Source of the DNA: Eledone cirrhosa
Taxonomy: Eukaryota
Length of the DNA: 64,000 nucleotides
Direction: 5' to 3'
NCBI GenBank assembly: GCA_964016885.1
Contig: OZ024743.1
Span: 145,762,001-145,826,000, forward strand
The notes beneath the pieces were generated by a model. The model saw only the letters and a program-made list of their open reading frames with translations, was not told the origin of the DNA and made no database searches. Positions 35,141 to 48,424 of this stretch are shown in pieces; position 1 is the stretch's first letter, and each line of letters opens with the position of its first letter. The position numbers were made by a program, and so were the translations under genes.

Positions 35141-35828
35141 GGCTGCAAACTATGCCAAGAGTATTGCAATCGCTTGTCAGATTCAGATCTGTGACGCTCG
35201 GATATGGCTTTTCAAGCCTGCTAGAGACTTGCACTCCTTCATACACTGACGACAACTATGGATCTCCCTGGCTTGAGGTCCTGCATCAGCATCAGGGTGC
35301 CCGTGAACCCTCAAAACACCGTGGCGATCATAGTCCACTGGTTCTCTTTGAACATGGCTGCGACTGTGACTCCTGAGACCAGATTTGCTCAAGCAAATTT
35401 TTCCACACTCAGGGCACTTCAATTCAATGGAGACACCGTTCGTTTCGAGAGATACACCAGGGCATTGCTTACGCACATCCTGTTTGATCTTCTCGTGCTC
35501 TATGCGTCTGTCCTCAAAATTATGGACCCCATCATTCATCTTTCCACGCCAAGTTTCCCTTTCAAGAGCTTCTATCTCCCAGTCAACCATCATCAAACCA
35601 GTTTTTTTCAACGCGTCCTTTACACAATCCTTGAATCGGAGCTTTGGCTTGTGAGGTGGTCTCTTACCCTCACAAAACTTGCCATACAAGTGTTGTATTG
35701 AGATTCGATCATCCTCCATTCTACGCCGTTGGTGGATGATACTCTCAATGCTCCGACACTCACTTCTCTCAAGGACCTCAACATCATTCACATGCATCTG
35801 CCACTTGATACCGAGCATCTTTCTGAGA
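35141..35828 (-). mobile_element. 5'-truncated zinc-finger RTE with (TATG)n at both ends
   Basis: GKRPPHKPKLRFKD, CPECGKICLSKSGLRSHSRSH, CRQCMKECKSLAGLKSH. Confidence 0.85.
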
Positions 35829-35842
35829 CATACATACATACA

Positions 35843-36375
35843 TGGTGGCTGCCAACTCGTTTTCGAGTACGGCCACTACTTTATATCCATGTAGGAGAAC
35901 CCCTACTGATGCGCTGAACGAGTGGTGACTTTTTAGTCCAGCCAGCGACTTGAAAACTCTGGTACAAACACTACACCTGTGACAATTATTGACACATAGT
36001 GCTGGGCCCATGGTACCATGTGACGACAAGTGCAGAGAGATCTCCAGATATAAAGCAATGCCTGTGCCGTGAAGCTTTTATAGTGAGCAAAGGCACTGCA
36101 CAAAGCCAGTCCCACTCTCTTAACCAAGATGATATTTACCAAAAAGAAGAACAAGTCAACATCATTGGATACCATCAGGGTTGCAGGTGTTATATCAGAG
36201 TTTTCCTTCTCCTAGAATTCTGCCTTGACAAAGGCTAAGGGGTCATCTCTCCCAGTGATTTTGGATGGCCATTGATTCTTAAGAGCTCCTTTGCCCCTCG
36301 ACAGGTTTTGTTTTTAGTCCTGCAGGATGTCCAAAGTCACCCTCCTCACCAAGAAACTTTGGTGGGGTTGCCAGT
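35843..36375 (-). mobile_element. Longest copy (~530 bp) of the bipartite RTE-derived non-autonomous element
   Basis: RTE 5'UTR motif CTAGGAGAAGGAAAACTCTGA joined to the last zinc finger (CSVCTRVFKSLAGLKSH) and 3'UTR with TATG tail. Confidence 0.85.
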
Positions 36376-37062
36376 TTAGTCGCCAACGACCCGACCATGA
36401 GACAGTTTGTACTGGGATACATGTTACCAGTAGCACATACATATATATACATACATACATACATACACATACACACATATAGACACATACATACATACAT
36501 ATAGACACACATATATACACATATACACATATATATATATAGTATTAAGGATACTATTTATGGTTATGCATATACTAAAACGTGTGTGTATTCATATACA
36601 CACTAGTATTTCAGTATGCATATGTAGATGTACATTTTTAACTTAATTGTTTAAGCGTCAGTCATACAAAAGTGAGTTACAAACGAAACGAAATTTAATT
36701 TCGTTTGTTTTTAAAACCTTTTATAGTTATATATATATATTATACCCTAAATAGTGAAAGACAGTAATTTATTACTATCTTGTTACCAGTAAGATAAATA
36801 GCTCAATGTAACAACATCAGTTGTTTTACAGAGCAGTTATATAGAGATCACATGAAACAAAGTTCTGCCCAAACCACCCATCCGCCCACAACCATGGAGG
36901 AAATGTGGTAAGGAACCAGGTGGACCATAACGCACCAAAGTACTCAATACTTAGGGTAGTAGAGTGGGTGATAGGAACGAGTGGGACCCCGACGGCTGAG
37001 CTCAAGCCATTTCGACGGCTAATTCTGGACTAGTCCAGAATTGGCCGTCGAAACGGCTATAT

Positions 37063-37280
37063 GTGAAGGCGTGTGGCTGAGTGGTTAGAGAATTGGATTC
37101 GCAATCGTAAGGTTGTGAGTTCGATTCCTGGACCAGGCGATGCGTTATGTCCTTGAGCAAGACACTTTATTTCACGTTGCTCCTTCTACCTGGAGTTGCG
37201 ACCCATAGATAGTATTAGCAATTGGAAAGACCAACGGAAACATTGTTCCCTCGGTCTGATTTGACGAAAGTCGATCGTTC
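37063..37280 (+). mobile_element. tRNA-derived CORE-like SINE
   Basis: TGGCTGAGTGG A box, GTTCGATTCC B box; homologous to 826-1080. Confidence 0.75.
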
Positions 37281-37729
37281 CCATATATATGTATATGTGT
37301 GTGTGTATATATGTATATATATGTATACGTACATATATATATGCATATATATATATATATATATGCATATATGTACGTATATATATACATATATGCGTGC
37401 ATGTATATATATATAGAGAGAGAGAGAGATTGCATGAAGCAGGGTTCTGTTTGGGTCGTTTATCTGCTTGCAATTGTTTCTTCCAAACCGAGGTTTGGAG
37501 TCTTCGGAGCAATTATTCAGTGATTTTTAACATACTTGACCTCCTTTTCAACACAAGAGACATATAGAAACATATGTATATATTGACCCACAGTGGGTTG
37601 ACATCCATTATAATAATATAGCATACATACATACATACATACATACATACATACATACATACATACATACATACATACATACATACAAACACGCACGCAC
37701 ATAAATGAAGATTGCAGCGGCTTCACAGA

Positions 37730-38578
37730 CGAATGCCGTCTCTTATTAATTTTTCATTGTCATCCCATCTGCGTCCATGACTTCGTAGATTACTTTGTAG
37801 ACCAGCTGCAGATCTGCAGGGGACAGAAGAGAGTTGTGCTTTCCATAGGATTGGTGAGATCATTTTGTGGGATACAATCTTTATGCACCACCATGTGTAT
37901 TTTTAGTCCGGAACTAGTTCTACACACTTTGTTACATATCACGCACGTTGTTTCACCAGGTCTTTGTTGAGTGGTGTTGGGGTGGTTGTTCTTTCATGTG
38001 ACTTCAGGTGATTAACATAACCAGCTTTTGAGAGGAGTACACGCTGACAGAATTTGTACGTCCAAATACTGATGACTTCATCAAGAGTGTGAGCACAGCC
38101 CTTCCGGAGCTGACGCTTCAGTTGTTTATGATCTATGCGACATTCTTCAAAAGTGTTGCAGCTCAGCCCTTTATGCACTTTCTCCACTCAGCCCTATTTA
38201 GAGCTATCTCCTCCCAGTTGTCTATATCAAATGCCAGCTCTTTGAGATTGTTCTTGGTGCTGTCCTTGTACGTCATTTTCGCTTTGTGTTGAGGCCTTTT
38301 TCCAAGATGGAGCCTACCGTAAAAACAGTTGCTTCGGGATCCTGCTTTCTTTCATGCGGACGATATGTCCTGTCCAACGCATTTGAGATGTTACTAGAGA
38401 CTCAATGCTTGGACATTCCGCTTTGATAAGGACATGGATGTCAGGAGTTCTGTCTTGCCACTTGATGTTGAATATGGGCCTTAAACGTTTCTGCTGAAAA
38501 CGCTCAAGCAATTTGGTGTGTTTGCGGAATAGCGTACAGGTTTCGGAGGAGTATAAAAGAGTAGACAGAACACATTAT
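37730..38578 (-). mobile_element. Decayed zinc-finger RTE 3' portion
   Basis: LERFQQKRLR, MRWTGHIVRM, FCQRVLLSKAGYVNHLKSH. Confidence 0.8.
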
Positions 38579-38610
38579 CTATACACACACACACACCATA
38601 CATACATACA

Positions 38611-39292
38611 TGGTGGCTGTCAACTCGTTTTCGAGTACGGCCACTACTTTATATCCATGTAGGAGAAACCCTACCGATGCGCTGAACGAGTGTGACTTTT
38701 TAGTCCAGCCAGCGACTTGAAAACTCTGGTACTTGTGACAATTATTGACACATAGTGCTGGGCCCATGGTACCATGTGACGACAAGTGCAGAGAGATCTC
38801 CAGATATAAAGCAATGCCTGTGGCGTGAAGCTTTTATAGTGAGCAAAGGCACTGCACAATACATACATATATACATACACATGGTGGCTGCCAACTCGTT
38901 TTCGAGTACGGCCACTACTTTATATCCATGTAGGAGAACCCCTACCGATGCGCTGAACGAATGTGACTTTTTAGTCCAGCCAGCGACTTGAAAACTCTGG
39001 CACAAAGACTACACTTGTGACCATTATTGACACATAGTGCAGGGCCCATGGTACCATGTGACGACAAGTGCAGAGAGATCTCCAGATATAAAGCAATGCC
39101 TGTGCCGTGAAGCTTTTATAGTGAGCAAAGGCACTGCACAAAGCCAGTCCCACTCTCTTAACCAAGATGATATTTACCAAAAAGAAAAACAAGTCAACAT
39201 CATTGGATACCATCAGGGTTGCAGGTGTTATATCAGAGTTTTCCTTCTCCTAGAATTCTGCCTTGACAAAGGCTAAGGGGTCATCTCTCCCA
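38611..39292 (-). mobile_element. Two tandem 5'-truncated bipartite elements separated by CATA repeats (38611-38858, 38882-39292)
   Basis: Direct homology to 35843-36375. Confidence 0.85.
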
Positions 39293-39380
39293 AATACATA
39301 CACATACACACATACATACATACATACATACATACATACATACATACATACATACATACATACATACATACATACATACA

Positions 39381-41009
39381 TTATCTCCCATCTTTTCTTT
39401 GTTGATGACCTGAAGTTGTATGGGCCAAATATCAATGACATCAAGAAACAATTGGACCTCATTACACAATTTTCAACAGACATCAAAATGAAATTTGGTG
39501 AGTCCAAGTGTGCATATTTGGCAGTAAAACGTGGAAGAGCTGTGGCCTCCTCTAGAAATCTAGAGATGAACGGCCTGACAATACAACCTCTACAGTCAGG
39601 TGACAACTACAGATATCTTGGACAGGATGAGAATGTCAGATATGATGGACCCATAAATAAGGAGAGAACCAGAACTGAATACCTCAGAAGAGTAAAGAAA
39701 ATATGGTCATCAGAACTGTCAGCGTACAACAAATACATTGCCCACAATACTTATGCTGTGCCAATTCTAACGCTAACATTTGGCCTGCTGAACTGGTCAT
39801 TGCAAGAACTAAGTGAGATGGATGTTAGAGCTCGCAAACTTCTCAGTGTTACTGGGAACTTTAACATCAATGGTGATGTGGATAGGCTACATTTCTCACG
39901 CAAGGAAGGTGGCCGGGGTCTAAAATCCATATTAACATCATATGAGACCCGGATAGTAACACTGAAGCAACATTTGCAACAGAGGAAAAAGGTTGGCAAG
40001 CATCTTGCCCAGGTTTATGAGCATGAAAAAAAATATATCATTAGAATAGCGACTGATCTGGAGGAGAGATATGGAATAAAGCCTGATATAAATGTCTCAC
40101 CCAGAGAAATCGGAAGATCCTATTCAATGTTCAAATAAGATGAAAAATTGACCAATTTACAGAAAAAGTTGTGCATGGATACTTGAGACGTAAAACACAG
40201 ACCATAGAGGGAATAAACCACTCAAAAAGCCTGGCATGCAGTTCCGACAGGTTTATGGCGTCACACCTTGAGGGATATGTCTATGCAATACAGGAACAAG
40301 AACTCCCTACCAAATATCTGCTTCACAAAAGGGGAGGGTCATCAGCTGACAATAAATGTAGGCTATGTAAAACAAAGATCGAGGATGTAAGCCACATTGT
40401 TGCCAGCTGCGAAAGAATGTCGTCTTGCTACTACCTCCCTACGAGACACGACGTGATAGTTAGAACCATCTGGAACGCACTTCGGAAAACAAAATTAACA
40501 ACAAACGAGGAAGAATATATTGAGACAGATGGCCCTAAGGAATACTAGTGGAACCTGAAAATAAAAACTGCCACCAAATTAAAGCTCAACCGGCCTGATA
40601 TTGTTGTTTGGGACCACACATTGAAAACGTGTTCTGTTGTGGATATCAGCTGCCCACTTGATGTAAATGTTGTCAGAAAAATACAGGAGAAGGAGGACAT
40701 CTACGGACCATTGATGAGGAGTTTACAAATCCAGTATCCAAGATACACCTTTAGCTTCATACCCATCATTATTGGAGCTACGTGTTATATACCAACCCGC
40801 TTGGACCAAAGTATGACTGAACTTGGATTTGCGGACAAAGAGCGCAGCTCCCTAATTCATATTCTACAAATGGCTGCGATAGCTGGCACCTTCAAAATTT
40901 GCAAAACATTCTTGCGATTCAAGGGATGACAATTTCTTTTCTTTTACAACCTTGCCACCAGGAAGGTGGCCGGTCAAAAAAATATACTCGAAATTAAGAG
41001 AAAGAGATA
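39381..41009 (+). pseudogene. RLE family A, 5'-truncated, (CATA)n on both sides
   Basis: HLFFVDDLKLY, GGRGL, CRLC...HIVASC, RHD, ISCPLD. Confidence 0.9.
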
Positions 41010-41057
41010 ACATACATACATACATACATACATACATACATACATACATACATACAT

Positions 41058-41607
41058 GGTGGCTGCCAACTCGTTTTCGAGTACGGCCACTACTTTATAT
41101 CCATGTAGGAGAACCGCTACCGATGCACTGAACGAGTGTGACTTTTTAGTCCAGCCAGCGACATGAACACACTGGTACAAACACTACACATGTGACAATT
41201 ATTGACACATAGTGCTGGGCCCATGGTGCCATGTGACGACAAGTGCAGAGAGATCTCCAGATATAAAGCAATGCCTGTGCCGTGAAGCTTTTATAGTGAG
41301 CAAAGGCACTGCACAAAGCCAGTCCCACTCTCTTAACCAAGATGATATTTACCAAAAAGAAGAACAAGTCAACATCATTGGATACCATCAGGGTTGCAGG
41401 TGTTATATCAGAGTTTTCCTTCTCCTAGAATTCTGCCTTGACAAAGGCTAAGGGGTCATCTCTCCCGGTGATTTTGGATGGCCATTGACTCTTAAGAGCT
41501 CCTTTGCCCTTTGACAGGTTTTGTTTTTAGTCTTGCAGGATGTCCAAAGTCACCCTCCTCACCAAGAAACCTTGGTGGGGTTGCCAGTTTAGTCGCCAAC
41601 GACCATG
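41058..41607 (-). mobile_element. Bipartite RTE-derived element between two (CATA)n tracts
   Basis: Direct homology to 35843-36375. Confidence 0.85.
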
Positions 41608-41661
41608 ATACATACATACATACATACATACATACATACATACATACATACATACATACAT

Positions 41662-44212
41662 ACATACGAAATAAGTGAGGGTACCCTTGAGACTGTGATA
41701 GGAAAACTCCAAGATAAGAAAACACCAGGAAGAGACATGATTGTCGGCTACTGGTACAAAAAACTAATATTCTATCGGAGGTGTCTTACTGACCTCTACC
41801 AACAAGTTCTTAAGGGAGATACACTTATACCAGAATGGTTGACATTAGCACAAACATTACTGGTCCCCAAGAACAAAGACACCCACTTGGCAAAAAACTA
41901 CAGACCCATTGCATGCCAGAACCTGATGTATAAGATGTATACAGCCTGCCTGAACCTATTCCTCCAAGATCACTGTGAAAATAATAACATCATCACAGAT
42001 GAACAAGCAGCTGGAAAGAAAAGGGTTTGGGGATGTGCTGAACAACTCCTAATCGACAAAACTGCGATGTCGGAGGTGCGACAACTTAGGAGGAATATGA
42101 CTACAGTCTGGCTGGACTACAGGAAAGCTTTCGATTCTGTTCCCCACTCTTGGATGATAGAGGCCCTCCAACTTGCTAAAGTCCCAGACATTATTGTCAG
42201 AGCCATAGAGAGGCTGTCTTCTTCTTGTGCTACTATCCTAAGGTTAAAGACAGAGAGAGAGGACTCTATTTTCACTGATAAAATAAAATATTGCAGGGGT
42301 ATATTTCAGGAGGACAGTCTCTCTGTGATATTGTTCATCTTGTCATTAAACCCCTTGTCCTTTCTGCTCAAGAAATGTGAAGGATACATCATTGGCTCAC
42401 AAGAGGACAGAAATACGAACCTAACCCATAACTTCTTTGTGGACGATCTGAAACTCTATGCCAAGAACATGGATGGGATGAAGAAAAATCTTGACCTGGT
42501 TACAACGTTCTCAAAGGATATAGGAATGGAGTTTGGCCAAGATAAATGCTCATACATGACTGTAAAGTGGGGAAAAACAAGAACCCAATCTAGCAACATT
42601 GTCATCAATGGTATAACTGTTTCACCGATATCTGATGAGGACTGCTACAGATACCTGGGGATAGATGAGAACATATCCTATAATGGTATCTGTAATAAAG
42701 AATGCGTAACCAGGGAATACTACACCCGATTAAGAAAGATTTGGTCATCGGAACTCTCTGCGCAAAACAAAACAGTGGCTCACAATGTGTTTGCTGTGCC
42801 TGTCCTAACACCAACGTTTGAAATACTCAATTGGACGCTAGACGAAATCCAAGCAGTTGATGTTGGAACTCGAAAAATACTGAACAACACCGGAAACTTC
42901 CACATCAACAGTGACATGGACCGCCTTTACTTGAAACATAAGCAGGGAGGCAGAGGCCTAACATCAGTCCAGACAACATTTGAATGTCGCATCATATCTC
43001 TCCGACAACATCTACGAACCTCGAAGCGTAGGAGCCCGCTTCTCGAGCAAGTCTATCTGCATGAAACAGATAAGATCGTAAGAGTTGGGAAGGAACTCCT
43101 CGAGAGATATTCCCTGTGTGATAATCAAAAACTCACACCCAGGGATGTCGCTCAGCAGTATCGCAGTGAATCCATGGATGAAAAACTGCATGCCTATCAG
43201 CAAAAAAATCATGCATGGATATGTTGCCAGGAAGCTCCAGAGTGAGAGTAATATAGATAAGGAAAGTAGTCTATCTTGGACCAACAACCACTATATTGGC
43301 TCCCACTTTGAAGGATACGCTTTTGCAATCCAAGAACAGGAGATTAGCACGAAATACCTGATTCACAAAAGAGATGGGGATGCAGGCAAAACTCCTAGAT
43401 GTGATAACAAGTGCAGACTCTGCAGAACTAACATCGAGGATATCACCCATGTCATCAGCAGCTGTCCAAAGATGTCATCGCGGTACTATCTACCTATGAG
43501 GCATGATCTAGTGGCCAAAACACTGTACAATGCAGTTCGTAAAAAAGATAGCCCCGATAATAAACACATTAAAAGCTACAACAATGTGGAAGACATCCAT
43601 GTACATAATATGAAAGAGTACTGGTGGAATGTTCCAGTAAAAACCCCAATAAAATGCAGGCATAACAGACCAGATATTATGATATGGGATAGGGAGAAGA
43701 AAGCATGTACAGTAGTGGAAATTAGCTGCCCAGCAGATGCCAATATAATATCAAAGATTAGTGAAAAGGAAAATATTTATGCAGAACTGATGAGAAATCT
43801 GCAGATACTCCACCCTGATTACACCTTCAGATTTATGCCTGTGATTATTGGGGCACTGGGATATGTTAGTAACTGCCTCAATACAAATCTTGAGAGGCTA
43901 GGCTTCACAGGAACAGAAAGAACACAATTAGTTAGGAAACTACAAGTACAATCCATTAATGGAACAGTAAAAATATGTAAAACATTCCAAAAGTTTTGCA
44001 TCTAATAACTGCATATACACATGTACAGATACAAAGCATATACACATGCACACATACAACTCAAAACATACACATCCACATCTACACATGCATACATAAT
44101 CTACCTAGTTGATGTTGTGTAAATTCCATTGAGAGAGTCTTGTGTCTATGTTAGAAACCGACTCTCTCTCTATTGGGAAAAAATTTGTGAAATTATAAAA
44201 CCAGAAGAACAT
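41662..44212 (+). pseudogene. RLE family B, 5'-truncated, single frameshift at A-run ~43202-43208
   Basis: NYRPIAC, GIFQEDSLS, FFVDDLKLY, CRLC...HVISSC, RPDIMIWD...EISCP. Confidence 0.9.
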
Positions 44213-44478
44213 AAGAGAGAGAGAGAGAGAGACGGGTAGTAGGCGGGGAAGCGATTCGTTAAGACATTCCGCTTTGAAATAGTTTCTGAAATTATTTATC
44301 TCTTTGTCAGAGTGAATATTCAGTGTTTTATTTCTCGCCCTAGCACAGCTGATACAGAAGTGTAAGTATCGGCACATGACAGCTTTAATCGGGCCATTTG
44401 TTTACAAACGAATTGAATATTAATATTAATGTTCGATATAACCCATACGTACACATGTGTATATATATGTGTTGTGTG

Positions 44479-44511
<33 letters not shown>

Positions 44512-44959
44512 ATGTGTGTGCATACATTAATATTCAGTGTATTTGAAAGGAACGAAGCAACTGTGCTCTCTCGAACAAATAGGACACTTTCTCTTGAATT
44601 TAATAGAAGACTACCTTCTTTTAGATAGTCTATCTAACCCATTTGGCTTTCTGAATGGCACGCCTAATTTCAAAATCGCCTTAATTTTTTTGTAGTGCAA
44701 CCCGCCTTCTGATGAGCCACCTCATATGCGGCCCACTGCTCAAAAAAGATTGCCCGTGCCGGATCTAGATAATGAATCTAGAAATTCATTATCCTAGTAT
44801 ATCTCCTTCCTTTTTTTTATGACGGTATGCTGCTATTTAAGAGAGTATGGTATATTTAGCAGGTAGAGCGATTACAGAAGCTCCTTCGTAGGCTCGACTA
44901 TTTCAAAACACTTAGAAACGTGTACGATGAAGTTTAATGACTGAAAAAAGGAAATTGAA

Positions 44960-46650
44960 TCTTCTTTTCCTTCTTTTTTTTTCTTCTTCCTGAGAGCGTC
45001 GTGGGGACAGAGTACTCAAATACTTGTTCCAACGGGTCCTGTCAGAAGTAACCATCTCCAACTGATCTGGCTGGATCCCCAAACGAGACCAGCCAAGCTC
45101 ATGAATGTTATCCAACCATCTTCATTAGGGTCTACCTCTGGGTCTCCGAGCAGTTGGATTTGCTCGTAAAATCTGTCCAGCAATTCTTTCCTGAGACATT
45201 CTAACCACATGCCCATAGTGTTGGAGCTGTGATCTCTCAATTCGGAGAAGTAGCAGCTCTACCTAGAGTGACTCTCTGATCTCCGATCTACGCATTCTAT
45301 CAAATAATGTTACTCCAAAGATCCTTCGGAGGAACCGATTTCGGTCGCTTGTATTTGTGATTGTATTCTTTCAGTCATTACCCAAGATTCATGACCATAG
45401 GTAAAGGTGAGCATGAAGACGAAATTGAAGATAGCGAGTTTGGCTTTTACTCCTACCTCCCTTCTTCTGATTACCGAATGCTGAAGCTGGCGCATTACTG
45501 CACTAGCTCCTGTAATTCTTGCACTTAATTCATCCTCCTCCCTTCCATCACTCGTGAACAGGCCCCCGAGATACTTGAACTTCTCTACCTTATTCAGTGG
45601 AACTCCATTCATATGTAGAGTACACTGCACAGGATTCCTTGAGAGGATGAGTGTCTGAGTTTTCGCAGCACTGATTTTCATTCCAGCCATGCAACACACG
45701 GAATCAAATATATCAAGTGCAAGTCGAAGATCACCTACTGTCGATTTAAGTAGCACCATGTTGTCTGCAAACTCAAGCCGACTGATTTTACACCCGCCAG
45801 TCGTAATACCACTTCCAACCCGGCTGTGCATCTCAATCCTGTTCGTGAAAATAATGAACAGAAGAGGTGAGAGTTCGCGCCCTTGGTCCGACTCCCACAA
45901 CATTGAATGGTTTCGATTTAGCCCCATTTATCCGAACACAAATATTCAAGCATATGTATAGACACATCAGGACAACAAGAAGCTGACCATCGATCCCATA
46001 TTTCTGCAGAACCTACCACAGCAGATCCTATGGAATGCAGCCATATGCCTTTTCAAGGTCTACAAAACAATAATATACCTCTTGGCAATACTCCCATGAT
46101 TTCTCGAAGACCTACCCCGCAGTGTGAATATTTGGTCGACTGTGGTGCGTTCGGGGCGAAAACCGCATTGTTCATAAGCTAGCTTGGCTCGACAATCTCC
46201 CCCACATCTCTTTGACAGGCATTTAGCATAGACTTTACCAGGGAGGCTTAACAAGGAGATCCCTCTGTAATTGGAACACTCTCTCTTGTATCCCTTTTTG
46301 AAAATTGGGATTATCACTCCCGATTAACTCTGCTTAGGTGTCTTTCCAGGGATCCAGGCCACCCAGCACACACGAATCAGCCAGAGAATGCCTTCTCTAT
46401 TTAAGACTTTTAACATCTTGGGCTGGATTTCATCTTCCCCGGCGACCTTGCCATGTTTGAGCTCTTTAACTGCTCTTGTGACCTCAGCCTCCGAGAGATT
46501 AGTCACCGCTCCCAGATGCGCCCCCTGTACACCAGAAGATGCTGTTGTGATCGTGTTTAGGAGATCAGCAAAGTATTATCTCTTTCTCTCGAGGATGCAT
46601 CTCTCTGAAGGGAGGAGAACATCAGAGGTGTCCCTGAACTTTCCAATATT
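44960..46650 (-). mobile_element. Decayed RTE LINE with GAA-rich tail
   Basis: NYRGISLLSLPGK, LSPLLFIIF, LEFADN, FKYLG, YGHESW. Confidence 0.85.
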
Positions 46651-46807
46651 TAAAATAATATTTCAGCGAAATAACAAAAATAATTCTTTCGTTTTTTAAC
46701 CCTATATCAATTCTGATCGAGTAAGACGTATAATGAAAGGTATTCCAGCCTTGGCAATTCCATATATAGGACTAAATGGCTTTTCCCCTTTTTGTTATTA
46801 TACAGTG

Positions 46808-46997
46808 TGGTGGATTGGCAGTATCGGTAGAGGGTCGGACGCCATGCTTTGCAGCAAAGAGTTACGGCCATTTATGGGCTGAGTTCAAATCCTGCCGAGG
46901 TTAACTGCCTTTCATCCTTACGGCGTCGATAAAATAAAAGTACCAGTGATACACTGGGATAATTGCTGGCCTTGTGCCAAAAGTAGAAACAGTTATT
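46808..46997 (+). mobile_element. Nin-domain SINE
   Basis: Homologous to 33398-33588. Confidence 0.8.
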
Positions 46998-47605
46998 ATA
47001 CAGTGTAGAAGTAATTTGGGGTAGATTTAGCTGCTATTTCTAGTAAGTCGAGGAAACACTTAAACACACTTAAAACAAACCTAGATGTTAGTTGAGTAAA
47101 GTACCCTTAAAATGAATATCTGTTGGTTTTCCTCAGTGCAAACTATTTAGCATTTTAACGAATCCAGTCGTAGGTTGTGTTAAGAATTAACTATATTCAA
47201 TAACATCTACCAGTCTCTAAATCAGTCCACCCCCCACTCCACCCCTACAATTCTCAAACCTACTTATGCAACTGATACAGACTCCCAAAGTTGTCGCCCT
47301 TGAACCATGTTTTATCATGATAATTTTGGCAAAACTGTCTAAGCTCTTTTGTTTCTGAATTTGTTTAGCAAGATTCTTTATCTGAAAACGTGTGTTGAAA
47401 CTGATATTGTTATATAATTAAGGACAAAATGAAAACACACACACATAGAACAAACAACCAACCAGTAACATGTAAATAAACAAATAAAAACACACAGAGA
47501 CACCCGGATGTAACACATGCGCAAACTAAGCACACAACACACACAAAAACAAGATGGCGTAGGACAGAACAAAAGAGAGGCACAAAACAAAGAAAAGAAT
47601 CCCCA

Positions 47606-47648
47606 GTCACTGAAGAGGTCACAGAATGTGTGACGAAAGAACTTTGAC
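47606..47648 (+). ncRNA. Minimal hammerhead motif in a repeat also present at ~23690-23740 (-) and ~54700-54950
   Basis: GTCA-CTGAAGA-G-GTCACA..TGTGAC-GAAAGAACTT-TGAC. Confidence 0.55.
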
Positions 47649-47691
47649 AATATATGAACATCCGTCCGGTTGTGGAACCAACCAACTGGAA

Positions 47692-47738
<47 letters not shown>

Positions 47739-48039
47739 TAATAAATTGGAGTGAAAGCAAGTGGTGCGTGTGTTTCTTATTGGCAACATGACCCTCCCAA
47801 AGTATAACAATCTCTAAGCTCTGTTGAGCAGCAAGCACTTCGAATCAGATATTTCCATACTGATACCACCATTGTAGAGTACTTTGAAATAACTTGAGCA
47901 AACACTTCAGGGCTCAACCACTATTCCAGCCATCTTATTTCATATCAATATCTCTTTCATCTAAATCCAAACTTTAAACTTATCAATTTACACTATTATT
48001 AATTCTTCTATTTTTCTTGTAATTCTGTTTGCAGTAAAC

Positions 48040-48420
48040 AAATACCGGGGACTGTCCAGTCGCTTGTTCTTCGTATCGGTCACCGTCGAGACCTCAGGTG
48101 TACTTGGACCTCGTACAACCGAGCTCCTTTGCAAGATTGGAACGTCAACGGCCCATTTGAGGAAGGAGCCCCACGAGGCTGGGTGGTTGTTGCAGCAGAT
48201 GTCGCCAGTCATTGTCCACGGGAATGCTTTTGCGGTCTTGTCAGCTCCTCTGCCTCAATGCCCTAGGCCCAAAGCTGAATCATCCTCTCCCTTCATCCCT
48301 CCCCTCGCTCCTACGACACCAGAGTTCTTGTCATCCCCTCCCCTTCCCATTTTTTCTTTCTTTTTCTCCTTTTCTTTTTCTTGTTTCCTTTTCTATTAAT
48401 CTGTATTTGCAAAAATTATA
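48040..48420 (+). mobile_element. 3' fragment of a CRE-like RLE retrotransposon
   Basis: KY...FVSVTVETSGVLG...LLQQMSPVIVHGNAFAVL resembles the CRE-type endonuclease C-terminus. Confidence 0.6.
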
Positions 48421-48424
48421 AATA

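Noticed and set aside
36300-36375. Possible HDV-like ribozyme at the 5' end of the bipartite element
   Set aside because: Could not build P1/P1.1/P2 pairings; only a simple hairpin is evident
38579-41725. Repeat-spacer-like alternation suggesting a CRISPR-type array
   Set aside because: Repeats are variable-length microsatellites and the spacers are retroelement copies; no cas genes; eukaryotic context
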